From the NCBI GenBank assembly GCA_965217775.1, contig CBDCJH010000002.1:3456001-3520000 (forward strand): a stretch of 64,000 bases of DNA. The letters run 5' to 3'. Source of the stretch: Acidobacteriota bacterium (GTDB lineage: Bacteria; Acidobacteriota; UBA6911; RPQK01; JAJDTT01). The translations under genes and the position numbers were made by a program. Below are positions 1 to 8,791 of this stretch, piece after piece (the stretch's first letter is position 1; every line of letters begins with the position of its first letter). A model generated the notes under the pieces. It was given only the letters and a program-made list of their open reading frames with translations. It was not told where the DNA came from and did not search any database.

Positions 1-64
1 CATCTGGGACCGGCCTTCCTCCATCTGCGCGGCCATGGAGGGCGGCGCAACGGCCCGGTGGGAA

Positions 65-529
65 ATGCGGGATAGCCAGGTCCTTCGCTCCGGCAGCGAA
101 GAGGAGACACGGCGCATCGGCCTCAGTTTGGGTGAGACGCTGCACGCTCCGCGGGTGGTCCTCCTCTCGGGAGAGCTGGGCGCCGGCAAGACGGTGTTCA
201 CCCAGGCCTTGGCAGCCGGTTTGGAGGTCGAAGATCTCTCCCTGGTCCGAAGCCCCTCCTTCACCCTGATCAACGAGTACCCGTCGGCTCGCGGTCGCAT
301 CTACCACGTCGACCTGTACCGCCTGGAGGGAGCGGACGACTTCCATTCCATCGGTCTCGAAGAAATCCTGGAGCAGGAAGCCGTCGTCATCATCGAATGG
401 GGCGAAAAGCTCGACTTGCCCGTGGACGACCCCCTCCGTATCCGCATCCTGGTGGACCCGGCGAGCGACGACCGCCTGCTGGAAATCGACTTCGGAGAGG
501 AAAGAGAAGAGCGATTGATGGATCGGTAG
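65..529 (+). CDS. tsaE: tRNA threonylcarbamoyladenosine biosynthesis ATPase TsaE
   Basis: LSGELGAGKT P-loop, SPSFTLINEY, YHVDLYRL and IIEW motifs. Start could be 35 or 65. Confidence 0.93.
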   Translation: MRDSQVLRSGSEEETRRIGLSLGETLHAPRVVLLSGELGAGKTVFTQALAAGLEVEDLSLVRSPSFTLINEYPSARGRIYHVDLYRLEGADDFHSIGLEEILEQEAVVIIEWGEKLDLPVDDPLRIRILVDPASDDRLLEIDFGEEREERLMDR

Positions 530-615
530 TCATCGAACCTGGGGGAGAGTGAGAATCGGCAAAGAGGACCGGAGGCGGGTTCGCAGTTTTCTGAACCGCG
601 GCGTTTGGTGGGAGT

Positions 616-1194
616 GTGAAACCAACACAGGAAACGAGGGAGACCATCGCTGCCGACGACGCTGTTCCGCTGACTCGTTTGTCAGAGTTTTCCGCAATCC
701 TGCCACCATCTCAATTCTCGGGGTCGACCGCCAGAAACCGATCCGGCCGATCACGGCCCCCCGCATGGGGAAACGCATTCGGCTATCAGCTCCTGGAAGT
801 CACCTTGACCTGCCTGCTCATCGGCTTCCTGGCCTCGCTGGCCTGGCCGGCCTATCAGCAGGTGCGGGATCATTGGAGACTGTCGCAGGGGTCTCATCTC
901 TTTCTCTCCCTCCTGGAGCAGGGGCGTGCCGCGGCCATCGGGCGGAATCTGACGGTACAGATCCGAGTCTCAGACGAGGGGGGACGAGCCACGATCGCAC
1001 CGGTAGGGGAAGAGACCGGACATTGGCTGACCCTCCCCAGGGGAGTTCTGGTCGTCCGGAAACCAAACCGCGAAATATCCTTCTATTCCCGAGGGACCGC
1101 CGCTCCGGGCGGGACGTTTGTCCTGGGCAACTCTGCCGGCGAGATCCGCATCGTGATCTCGCCGGCCGGGAGGATTCGATGGCAGAGAGGATAG
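616..1194 (+). CDS. GspH/FimT-like minor pilin
   Basis: Class III signal G|YQLLE followed by a hydrophobic helix. C-terminal ISFYSRG...IVISPAGRIR is typical of GspH/FimT. True start uncertain. Confidence 0.75.
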   Translation: MKPTQETRETIAADDAVPLTRLSEFSAILPPSQFSGSTARNRSGRSRPPAWGNAFGYQLLEVTLTCLLIGFLASLAWPAYQQVRDHWRLSQGSHLFLSLLEQGRAAAIGRNLTVQIRVSDEGGRATIAPVGEETGHWLTLPRGVLVVRKPNREISFYSRGTAAPGGTFVLGNSAGEIRIVISPAGRIRWQRG

Positions 1195-1499
1195 CCGGGG
1201 ACAGCGCCCAGGAGGGGTTCGCCCTGCTGGAGCACCTGATGGCCACAACGATTTTGACCGTCGCCGTCCTTTCCCTGATCCAGACCTTGGCTCTGAACCT
1301 GGGCAACTACGCCGTCATGGAAAAACGGCGCCAGGAAGTTCTTCAACGGTGGAACCGGAGCGAAGAGGCCCGCTCCCGGGAGCCGGAAGGGGAGAGGATC
1401 ATCCTGGTGCCGGACGGACCCTCGTTGTGGCGCCTGAACGTCTCCGGCGCCGAGGACGAGAACGCCTCGAGCTGGGAGGTGCTCCGATCACTACCCTGA
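1179..1499 (+). CDS. PilV-like minor pilin
   Basis: EG|FALLE prepilin cleavage/methylation motif; overlaps the upstream gene. Confidence 0.7.
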   Translation: MAERIAGDSAQEGFALLEHLMATTILTVAVLSLIQTLALNLGNYAVMEKRRQEVLQRWNRSEEARSREPEGERIILVPDGPSLWRLNVSGAEDENASSWEVLRSLP

Positions 1500-1513
1500 A
1501 AGGAGGCGTCCGA

Positions 1514-2116
1514 ATGAGCCCGATTGATTCGCTGGCGGGACCCCGCGGGGTCGAGACGAAAGAGGGGGAATGGGGATTCAGCCTGATCGAGATGCTTCTG
1601 GCCACCGCCGCCTCTGCGCTCCTTTTCTCTCTGTTTCTGGGAGTGTTCGACCAGGCTCAGACCACCGTCACCAATCTCACACGTTTGATGGAGCGGGACC
1701 GGAACCTGATCCTGGCCCCGGTCCTGCTGGGTGGGTGGATCCTGGGAGCGGGCAACCGGGAGTGGGACCGGGCCGGGGACGGAATCCTGATCCAGTCCGG
1801 AATCCTCCGGATCGAGTCCGACCTGGACGGGAAAGACGGGTTTCCCGACGGGCGAGTGGACGGCAATTTCGAGAGCCTGTCGCTCCGCTGCCGGACGGAC
1901 CATTTGCAGCTCAAAAGCGGAGGGGGGAGCTTTCAAGCCGTCCTGAAACACATCCGGCAGTGGGAAATTCTGATGGAAGGACGGTTGCTGACCCTTCGCC
2001 TCACCGGCGCCGTCAGCCCAAACCTGATGCATTGGAAAGGGGACGGAGAGACCGTTGAAACGATCCGATACACGCTTCGGAACTACCGGCCCAACCTCTT
2101 CCCTCCCCGGGATTGA
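1514..2116 (+). CDS. PilW/PulJ-like minor pilin
   Basis: AGGAGG RBS; WG|FSLIE prepilin motif plus hydrophobic helix. Confidence 0.75.
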   Translation: MSPIDSLAGPRGVETKEGEWGFSLIEMLLATAASALLFSLFLGVFDQAQTTVTNLTRLMERDRNLILAPVLLGGWILGAGNREWDRAGDGILIQSGILRIESDLDGKDGFPDGRVDGNFESLSLRCRTDHLQLKSGGGSFQAVLKHIRQWEILMEGRLLTLRLTGAVSPNLMHWKGDGETVETIRYTLRNYRPNLFPPRD

Positions 2117-3350
2117 TGAACTCCGGAAAGCGGAATCGGAGGCAGGACTTGCCCTGCTGGCCGCCCTGCTCACGACGGCTCTGGTCGCGACCCTGGTCTG
2201 GGCCCTGAGTGTGCAGAACCTGATCCAGTGGAGGATGCTCCAAGGGGTCGAGGCGCGACTCTACAGCCTGGTCCTGGCCCAGAACGGAATCGAATTCGCG
2301 CGCGGTCTTCTTCCTCTGGTCGATGTCGACGAACTCCTTGCCGGTCCCGACGGTTCCTTCTCCGGAACCGATCTTCCCGAATGGAGAAATCCTCTCCCCT
2401 TTTCGGAGGCTCGCCGTATGGACCCGGAAAGTTGGACACCCGACCGCGACGACGGACTTCCGGCTCGTGACCGGGACCAACTGCTGCCAAACGGTTACTC
2501 GGACCCCGGAGGGGGCCATTTCTACTTGAGGTTTTCCAACAACCCCGAGGAGCCGGCCCACCAGGACCGGGACGGAGTGGTCCTGGTCCGGAGCATGGGG
2601 GTCGCTCCTCTCAAACTGCAGAACCCATTCCTGGCTTCGACCCGCAACAGCGTGACTCTGATCGAATCCCGCCTTCTGCAGGAGACTGCATTTCGACTCC
2701 GGAGCGCGCTCACCCTGGCGGGAGACGACGGAGACTTCCATTGGGCGGGAAGCCAATTTCTCCTGGACGGCGGACACCGGGAGCCGGCCGTTCGGCTCCT
2801 TTCCCTGGGAGGCGATGGACTCGGCACCGAGTTTCTGCGGAACCTCAGTCCGGCCCAAGCCGGCCGGATCCGGGGTGCCGGACCGGAACCTTCTCTCCGG
2901 GACTCGACAGACGCATACCGTGAGGACCCTCGTCATCGTTCCCTTTTCCAAGCTGTCTTCTGGAGACATTTCCAGGATCACCTGCCAGCCCTTTCGGCGG
3001 ACACCGGAATAGTCCATCTACCGGAGGGAGGAACCCTGTCGGGAGCGGTGTCGGGCGTCGTCATCGCCCGAGGGAACCTGATCCTGCAGGGAGACGTCCG
3101 GTTCCGGGGGATCCTGCTTCATCTGGGTGGGGGAGGCGTCATTCTGAAAGACCGTGCCCAGATCGTAGGGGGACTCTGGCTTTCCAACCTGAGTGTGGAC
3201 GGAGAAACGATCCGCGGCGGCTCCTTGAGCCTTCATTTATCGGACATGGCCAGCGTCCGATACGACGCGGATGCCATCCGGTTGGGACTGCGCAGCTTTC
3301 CGCCGACTCAACTGGGCTGGCGGCTCCTCTTTCCGGAGATGAAACTGTGA
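2055..3350 (+). CDS. PilX/GspK-like minor pilin
   Basis: EAG|LALLAALL lacks Glu5, as in PilX; A..AQNGIEFA motif; last gene of the pilin cluster. Start uncertain. Confidence 0.65.
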   Translation: MKRSDTRFGTTGPTSSLPGIDELRKAESEAGLALLAALLTTALVATLVWALSVQNLIQWRMLQGVEARLYSLVLAQNGIEFARGLLPLVDVDELLAGPDGSFSGTDLPEWRNPLPFSEARRMDPESWTPDRDDGLPARDRDQLLPNGYSDPGGGHFYLRFSNNPEEPAHQDRDGVVLVRSMGVAPLKLQNPFLASTRNSVTLIESRLLQETAFRLRSALTLAGDDGDFHWAGSQFLLDGGHREPAVRLLSLGGDGLGTEFLRNLSPAQAGRIRGAGPEPSLRDSTDAYREDPRHRSLFQAVFWRHFQDHLPALSADTGIVHLPEGGTLSGAVSGVVIARGNLILQGDVRFRGILLHLGGGGVILKDRAQIVGGLWLSNLSVDGETIRGGSLSLHLSDMASVRYDADAIRLGLRSFPPTQLGWRLLFPEMKL

Positions 3351-3360
3351 CGGACCGTCT

Positions 3361-4080
3361 TTACCGGCAACTGCCCGAACTCGGTTTTCGGCCCAGGTGA
3401 AGACACGCGATTCCGGCCGAGAGGTTTCGGTGGTGGATCTCCTGGAACCCCGCCCTCTCCAGCAACCGGTCCAGATCCTCGGGCGCGAGGAACTGTCGCA
3501 CCGACCGGGAGAGATAATCGTAGGCTTGACCGTGCCCCGAGATCCAACCGCCCAGTCGAGGCAGCATCCGCACGAAATAGAACAGGTACAGCGACCTGAA
3601 CAGCGGCAAAGTGGGGAGCGTAAACTCCAGGATAGCCAATACGCCCCGGGGCCGGAGGACCCGATGCATTTCGGCCAGACCCCGGCGATAGCTCTCCAGA
3701 TTCCTCAATCCGAAGGCGATGCTGACGGCGTCGAAGGACCGGTCCGGAAAGGGGAGTCTCAGCGCGTCCCCTTCGGTGAATGCAATGCGGCGGCCGCTGG
3801 CGGAACGGGACGCTTTCTGCTTGCCCAAAACCAGCATGGGATGAGAGAAGTCACACGCCACCACCGAACCCACGCCGGAGAGCTCCAGGGCCAGGTCCCC
3901 GGTTCCCGTGCACAGGTCCAATATCCGGGGACCCGAAGGCAGCCGGCCTTCCAGCTCGCGCCTCGTCACCCGCCTCCAACGCCGGTCCACGGACAGGGAG
4001 AGGAGACGGTTCGCCCGGTCGTATCGGGGGGCAATCCGGCCGAACATCCGGCGGATCCGCCCCGATTCCTTGTCCTCCAT
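3361..4080 (-). CDS. ubiE: Ubiquinone/menaquinone C-methyltransferase UbiE/MenG
   Basis: MFGRIAPRYDRANRLLS, LDLCTGTGD, GDALRLPF, IAFGLRN, AYDYL motifs. Confidence 0.92.
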   Translation of the reverse strand: MEDKESGRIRRMFGRIAPRYDRANRLLSLSVDRRWRRVTRRELEGRLPSGPRILDLCTGTGDLALELSGVGSVVACDFSHPMLVLGKQKASRSASGRRIAFTEGDALRLPFPDRSFDAVSIAFGLRNLESYRRGLAEMHRVLRPRGVLAILEFTLPTLPLFRSLYLFYFVRMLPRLGGWISGHGQAYDYLSRSVRQFLAPEDLDRLLERAGFQEIHHRNLSAGIACLHLGRKPSSGSCR

Positions 4081-4120
4081 CTGTATCCCTGGAACCCCCG
4101 ACGGCAATCCCCGGCGACCG

Positions 4121-5212
4121 CTATTTCACTTGCTTCACTTGGTCCCAGGCCCGCGCCAGGTCCTGGTCTGGAATGTCGTCCCGGATCCGGGTGATCCCGA
4201 TCGCCGCCAGCAACACCACGACCGTGCGTTGATTCCGGCGTTTCTTGTCCCGCTTCATGGCCTCCACGACGCGGCTCGTGGGCACCGTATCGATCGTTGG
4301 CAGAGGCCCGATCTCCCGGATCGACTGCACTGCCCGGTCCCGTGACGCCCGGGACAGGCCGGTGCGCCAATGCGAGAGATGGGCGGCAGCCATCATTCCG
4401 TAGGCCACCGCTTCCCCGTGGGTCACCCCCCGGAATCGGACGGCAGATTCCAGTCCGTGACCGAAGGTGTGTCCCAGGTTCAATATTCGCCGCAGATCGG
4501 ATTCGCGTTCGTCCTGAGCGGTGACCTCAGCCTTGATCCGGCAGCAACGCCGGATCAACTGCTGCATCACCGGGGCCTTCCGGGCTTGAATCTCTTCCAG
4601 CGACGCGTTCAGCCAATCGAAGAATTCGGCGTCCCGGATGAGGCCGTACTTGAACACTTCATAGAGTCCGGACTGATACTCCCGTTGAGGCAAGGAGAGG
4701 AGGGTTTCCGGATCGATGCAGACCAGGCTCGGCTGCCAGAAGGAACCGACCATGTTCTTGGACAGACCGTGATTGACTCCGGTCTTGCCTCCGACTGAAC
4801 TGTCTACCTGAGCCACCACCGTCGTCGGGATCTGGATATGCGGAATTCCCCGCATGAAGGTGGCGGCGGCAAATCCCGCGATGTCCCCGGTCACGCCGCC
4901 GCCCAGGGCCAACAAGGCCGACGAGCGATCCGCGCCCCCGCTCACGAGCTGTCCGTAGATCTGTTCGACGGTTCGAAGCGTCTTGTGGGATTCTCCGTCC
5001 GGTATCAGAATCTCCGACACCCGGAACCCGGAGTCCGCGAGACCCTGCATCAGCCTCTCGCCGTAGAGTTCGTGGACCGTGGGATTGGAGACCAGGAAAA
5101 GCCTCCGGGTCGTCTTGCGGGCGCTCAGCAGCCTGGGGACCTCGGCCAGGAGACCGGGACCGATCAGGATGTCATAGCTGCGGCCGGGAAGGCTGACCTG
5201 AACCGTGTTCAC
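4121..5212 (-). CDS. aroB: 3-dehydroquinate synthase
   Basis: ALGGGVTGD, QVDSSVGGKTGVN, LNLGHTFGH, HGEAVA, DKK motifs. Confidence 0.96.
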   Translation of the reverse strand: MNTVQVSLPGRSYDILIGPGLLAEVPRLLSARKTTRRLFLVSNPTVHELYGERLMQGLADSGFRVSEILIPDGESHKTLRTVEQIYGQLVSGGADRSSALLALGGGVTGDIAGFAAATFMRGIPHIQIPTTVVAQVDSSVGGKTGVNHGLSKNMVGSFWQPSLVCIDPETLLSLPQREYQSGLYEVFKYGLIRDAEFFDWLNASLEEIQARKAPVMQQLIRRCCRIKAEVTAQDERESDLRRILNLGHTFGHGLESAVRFRGVTHGEAVAYGMMAAAHLSHWRTGLSRASRDRAVQSIREIGPLPTIDTVPTSRVVEAMKRDKKRRNQRTVVVLLAAIGITRIRDDIPDQDLARAWDQVKQVK

Positions 5213-5297
5213 CGGATTCCATTCCTGGTATACGCCGCTTTGGAAAATCGAGCGGGCGTCAAATCGGCTGGTGAGATCTTGGAAAATTGGTCGCGAT

Positions 5298-6281
5298 CTA
5301 ACTCAGCACGCCTTCCAGAGGACTGCTGGCCGTGGCGTAGAGCTTGCGGGGAATCCGCCCCGCTTTGTAGGCCAGACGACCCGACTCCACGGCCAGCTTC
5401 ATGCTCCTGGCCATGGACACCGGATCCTTGGCGCCGGCAATGCCGGTGTTCATGAGGACTCCGTCGATCCCCAGCTCCATGGCCAGAGTGGCGTCGGAAG
5501 CGGTCCCGACGCCGGCATCGACGATGACCGGAACCGAGGCGAACTCCAGGATGATGCGGATATTGTTGGGGTTCTGGATGCCGAGGCCCGAACCGATGGG
5601 GGCTCCCAGCGGCATCACGGCGGCGGCTCCCGCATCCTCCAGCCGCTTGCAGACGATGGGGTCGTCGTTGGTGTAGGGGAGCACCACGAATCCTTCCTTG
5701 ACCAGCACGTGCGTGGCTTCCAGCAAGGCTTCGTTGTCGGGGAAAAGCGTGCGCTCGTCTCCGATCACCTCCAGCTTGACCAGATTCGACAGGCCCGCCT
5801 CCCGGCCCAACCGGGCGTATCGGATTGCTTCGGCCGCCGTGTAGCAGCCGGCCGTGTTGGGCAACAGCCGGTAGCGGTTGGGGTCGATGTAGTCCAGGAG
5901 GGATTCCCGGCTTCGGTCGGATATATTGACGCGCCGCACGGCCACCGTCACCAACTCGGCTCCACTGGCCTCCAGCGCCTGCTCCATCTGGCCGAAGGTC
6001 GCGTATTTTCCCGTTCCCACCAGCAAACGGGAGCGATACTCACGTCCGGCTATGGTCAACGTGTCTTCCACGGCCCCTCCTCCCACGAAATGGACGATTT
6101 CGATCCGATCGCCGCTTTGAATCTCGTGCCCGGCCCACCGGGTCCGGCGGACGATCTGCTCGTTGATTTCGACCGCGACCCGACCCCCGTCCAGCTCCAG
6201 GTCCTGAACCAGATCATGCACGCTTCGGCCCCCGTCCAGCTGGTGCCGGCGGCCATTCAGAACGACGTGGATCTTACTCAT
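5298..6281 (-). CDS. thiG: ThiS-ThiG fusion (sulfur carrier + thiazole synthase)
   Basis: N-terminal ~69 aa ThiS ending [12 protein letters not shown] reads in frame into ThiG ([41 protein letters not shown]). Confidence 0.93.
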   Translation of the reverse strand: MSKIHVVLNGRRHQLDGGRSVHDLVQDLELDGGRVAVEINEQIVRRTRWAGHEIQSGDRIEIVHFVGGGAVEDTLTIAGREYRSRLLVGTGKYATFGQMEQALEASGAELVTVAVRRVNISDRSRESLLDYIDPNRYRLLPNTAGCYTAAEAIRYARLGREAGLSNLVKLEVIGDERTLFPDNEALLEATHVLVKEGFVVLPYTNDDPIVCKRLEDAGAAAVMPLGAPIGSGLGIQNPNNIRIILEFASVPVIVDAGVGTASDATLAMELGIDGVLMNTGIAGAKDPVSMARSMKLAVESGRLAYKAGRIPRKLYATASSPLEGVLS

Positions 6282-6527
6282 TTGCCCGTCGATTTCGCTC
6301 CCAGTCTACTACGACGCCGCGCCCATCTGCCAGCCGGACGGAGCCACCGGCGGCAGGAGATCGGCAACTGCGGGAACCACCGTTCGGCTTCGATGCAACC
6401 GCTATCGGTGCCGCTCATTTGCCAGTCGATGTCCACAGCGGATCTTGCCGACTGCCGTTAACTTCGAAGGTAGTCTGTACGACTTGTCTGATTGTTGAAG
6501 ACCTCTTCTCGTTTGAAGAGTTCGTAT

Positions 6528-6685
6528 CAGTCCGTGGTGAAAGTCGCGCGAGCACCGAGACCGTTCCTGCGCCCGCCGGACAAGGCGCGATGAGGGAGCA
6601 TACCGGGAGTATGTGACCGAGTCGCAACGCAGTCCGCCGGGATGCAGGGACGGTCGAATGCCGTGACGACTTTTGCCACGGGCTG
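6528..6685. mobile_element. 158-bp MITE copy 1
   Basis: TIRs CAGTCCGTGGTGAAAGTC / GACTTTTGCCACGGGCTG; 4-bp TSD GTAT at 6524-6527 and 6686-6689. Confidence 0.9.
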
Positions 6686-6909
6686 GTATGCTTCGGGGAG
6701 GAAAATCCGGGCGGATATGATCTCCGCCATGGGGATTACAACTCGAAAATCCTCATACGCCAATCCGGATGACCCTTCAAGGGATTTCCAGATCACAGGA
6801 GCATACGTGGTGGTGATTTCCAACTCCTGCTTGTCTTTATCGCGAAAGCCGCCAGCCATTGGTACGAGTTCGATGTCACCCTCACCCTGGCTTCCGATTC
6901 CGCTCTTGA

Positions 6910-7067
6910 CAGTCCGTGGTGAAAGTCCCGCGAGCACCGAGACCGTTCCTGCGCCCGCCGGACAAGGCGCGATTCGGGTGCATACCGGGAGTATGTGCCC
7001 GAATCGCAACGCCGTCCGCCGGGATGCAGGGACGGTCGAATGCCGTGATGACTTTTGCCACGGGCTG
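6910..7067. mobile_element. 158-bp MITE copy 2 (in-frame insertion)
   Basis: Near-identical to copy 1; 4-bp TSD TTGA at 6906-6909 and 7068-7071. Confidence 0.9.
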
Positions 7068-7557
7068 TTGAGGGCAAAGCCAATGTAGACCTTCCTGCTA
7101 TTCAGGGCGATCTCAACCAGCTTCTGATCCTCGATAGATTCCGCGACCAGTAGCTCGATGAGGTCTCCATCTCTTTCCGCTGCACGTCGAGCCGCCTTTT
7201 CTTCGTTGTAGAAACGGTTGCCGGCAAACGGTAGCGCGATTCCTAAAAAGGCACTCAGAAAAATGGCCGTAGAAGAGTAAGGGATTGAATCGTACGACTT
7301 CCACGCCAAGTCTATCCAGGGCAGAAAGTAGTTCAGAGGAAGAACGACCAAGTGTGCAATAGCCGCCAGGATGCCGCCGGAAACCGTGGCCCGGAAGAAG
7401 ACATGGTAACCGGAATCACGCAGAGCGTCGTAACGTGTGAAGTGGAGATGGGTCAGAAACCAGTATCCACCAAGAGTCGAGATGAGAAACAGGCCAAGAC
7501 CCAAGGGAAACAGTTGGGGATTATATACGTAAGTGCCGAGAATTCAGGCTGATGGGT

Positions 7558-7563
7558 TACAAT
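7558..7563 (+). promoter_or_regulatory. Putative -10 box (TACAAT) for a leaderless tnpB transcript
   Basis: TACAAT lies 7 nt before ATG 7571; no SD sequence visible. Confidence 0.5.
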
Positions 7564-7570
7564 TCCGACC

Positions 7571-8746
7571 ATGAAAGGCCACGCAACTATCCAGTGCAGA
7601 GCCAAGCTGTCCAAGGGTGGAATCCGGCGGTTGGACGGGGTGAGGTCCATCCTGAATCGGCTGTACAACGCTGCGCTGGAGGAACGCAGGACGGCCTGGG
7701 AATCCGAGCAACGCGGCGTGACCCTGTACGATCAGATGAAGGGGTTGACCTCCCGGAGGAAGGACGATCCGGAGGGGCTCGGGTCGGTGGCGGTCAAGGC
7801 GGAGCGTGGGATGTTGATGCGGTTGGACCGGGCCTTCAAGGCGTTCTTCCGTCGCTGCAAGGTGGGGGAGAAGCCGGGGTATCCTCGATTCCGGCCCATT
7901 GCGAGGATGGAGACCATCGACGTCGTCGACCCCAAAGCGACCCTGGTGAAGAAGCGCGCTCGGGGCTACGCCATCCGGCCCAAGGGCTTCCCGACGATCC
8001 GGATCTTTCCGTCCCGGCCGTTGCCGGACGGATGCCCGTTGAAAGCGTTGCGGATTGTCCGCAAGCCGAACCGGGTGTATGTGGACCTGACCTACGAGGT
8101 GGAGAAGCCGCCGCTACCGAAATGCGAGTCTTCGGTAGGGATCGACCTGGGCGTCCGCAAGCGAGCGGTGCTGTCCACGGGTGAGAGGATCGAACGGAAT
8201 AGACGGGACTGGGCGGGGATCCGAAAGCAGCAGAGAAAGGTCTCCAGGTGCAAGAAGATTTCCAAGACCAGACGGAAGCGGATCGTACAGCTATCTCGGC
8301 TCCGTCACCGGGAATCGGTCCGAAACCGTAATGCCTGCCATCGTCTCTCCAGCAGGATCATTCGTGAGCATGGTCTGATCGCTGTGGAGAAGCTGAACAT
8401 CCAAGGGATGGTAACGAAGGGCTCGAAGAAGAAGGGGCTGAATCGAGAAATAATGACGCAATCCTGGGGGCTTCTGCGGAATCAACTCCAGTACAAGGCA
8501 GAATGGGCCGGTCGGGAGTTCGTAGAAGTGAATCCCGCATATACATCGCAGGACTGCCACCGGTGCGGCGCCCGCCACGATCCAGGGCGGAGCGAAACCT
8601 TCCGGTGCAGGGCCTGCGGACTTGGAATGGACAGGGACCACAATGCCGCCCTGAACATTCTCAGGGCTGGGGTTCTTGCCCTGGGCACCGGAACGTATCT
8701 CGTTGGGGAAAGCGTGGTGCCAGAACTGTATGCCAAGGGCACTTAG
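7571..8746 (+). CDS. tnpB: RNA-guided endonuclease TnpB
   Basis: N-terminal LYNAALEER and KPGYPRF; RuvC-I VGIDLG; RuvC-II IAVEKL; VNPAYTSQ; Zn finger CHRC..CRAC; RuvC-III DRDHNAALNI. D-E-D triad intact. Confidence 0.95.
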   Translation: MKGHATIQCRAKLSKGGIRRLDGVRSILNRLYNAALEERRTAWESEQRGVTLYDQMKGLTSRRKDDPEGLGSVAVKAERGMLMRLDRAFKAFFRRCKVGEKPGYPRFRPIARMETIDVVDPKATLVKKRARGYAIRPKGFPTIRIFPSRPLPDGCPLKALRIVRKPNRVYVDLTYEVEKPPLPKCESSVGIDLGVRKRAVLSTGERIERNRRDWAGIRKQQRKVSRCKKISKTRRKRIVQLSRLRHRESVRNRNACHRLSSRIIREHGLIAVEKLNIQGMVTKGSKKKGLNREIMTQSWGLLRNQLQYKAEWAGREFVEVNPAYTSQDCHRCGARHDPGRSETFRCRACGLGMDRDHNAALNILRAGVLALGTGTYLVGESVVPELYAKGT

Positions 8747-8780
8747 GTATATAAGCCCCAAACAGTTCCTGACGGGTGAA
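8660..8780 (+). ncRNA. Putative TnpB reRNA/omegaRNA 3' scaffold and guide
   Basis: Hairpins CAGGGC/GCCCTG (8662-8683) and GGCACC/GGTGCC (8684-8721) overlap the tnpB 3' end, where TnpB guide RNAs are normally encoded. Boundaries are inferred. Confidence 0.45.
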
Positions 8781-8791
8781 CCCGCCGATCC

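Larger units (their letters stand above)
6458..7504 (-). pseudogene. Membrane hypothetical protein disrupted by two MITE insertions
   Basis: Removing both 158-bp elements plus one TSD copy each restores a continuous frame (...IGFALKSGIG...LPEAYELFKREEVF...LRS*) ending at TAA 6458-6460. Confidence 0.75.
7516..8759 (+). mobile_element. Non-autonomous TIR element (IS1595-like ends) carrying only tnpB
   Basis: 22-bp TIRs with 20/22 identity at 7516-7537 and 8738-8759; 8-bp TSD AAACAGTT at 7508-7515 and 8760-8767. Confidence 0.88.

Noticed and set aside
1-75. 3' end of an upstream gene (possibly nnr, often adjacent to tsaE)
   Set aside because: Only 24 codons are visible, so it cannot be identified.
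6277-6430. 17-nt near-perfect direct repeat CTCATTTGCC(C/A)GTCGAT at 6277-6293 and 6414-6430, duplicating the thiS start
   Set aside because: The repeat is real and may be an island-boundary scar, but it is too short to interpret.
6282-6457. TPP riboswitch upstream of thiS-thiG
   Set aside because: No CTGAGA...ACCTGA core on the minus strand.
6528-7067. CRISPR array next to TnpB (Cas12f-like system)
   Set aside because: The repeats are two 158-bp TIR/TSD elements, not 25-40-nt repeats with spacers. No array was seen anywhere in the window.
7501-8739. CCAAGGG both before the left TSD and at the inner edge of the right TIR, as a possible TAM or guide clue
   Set aside because: A 7-nt match partly overlapping the TIR could be chance.
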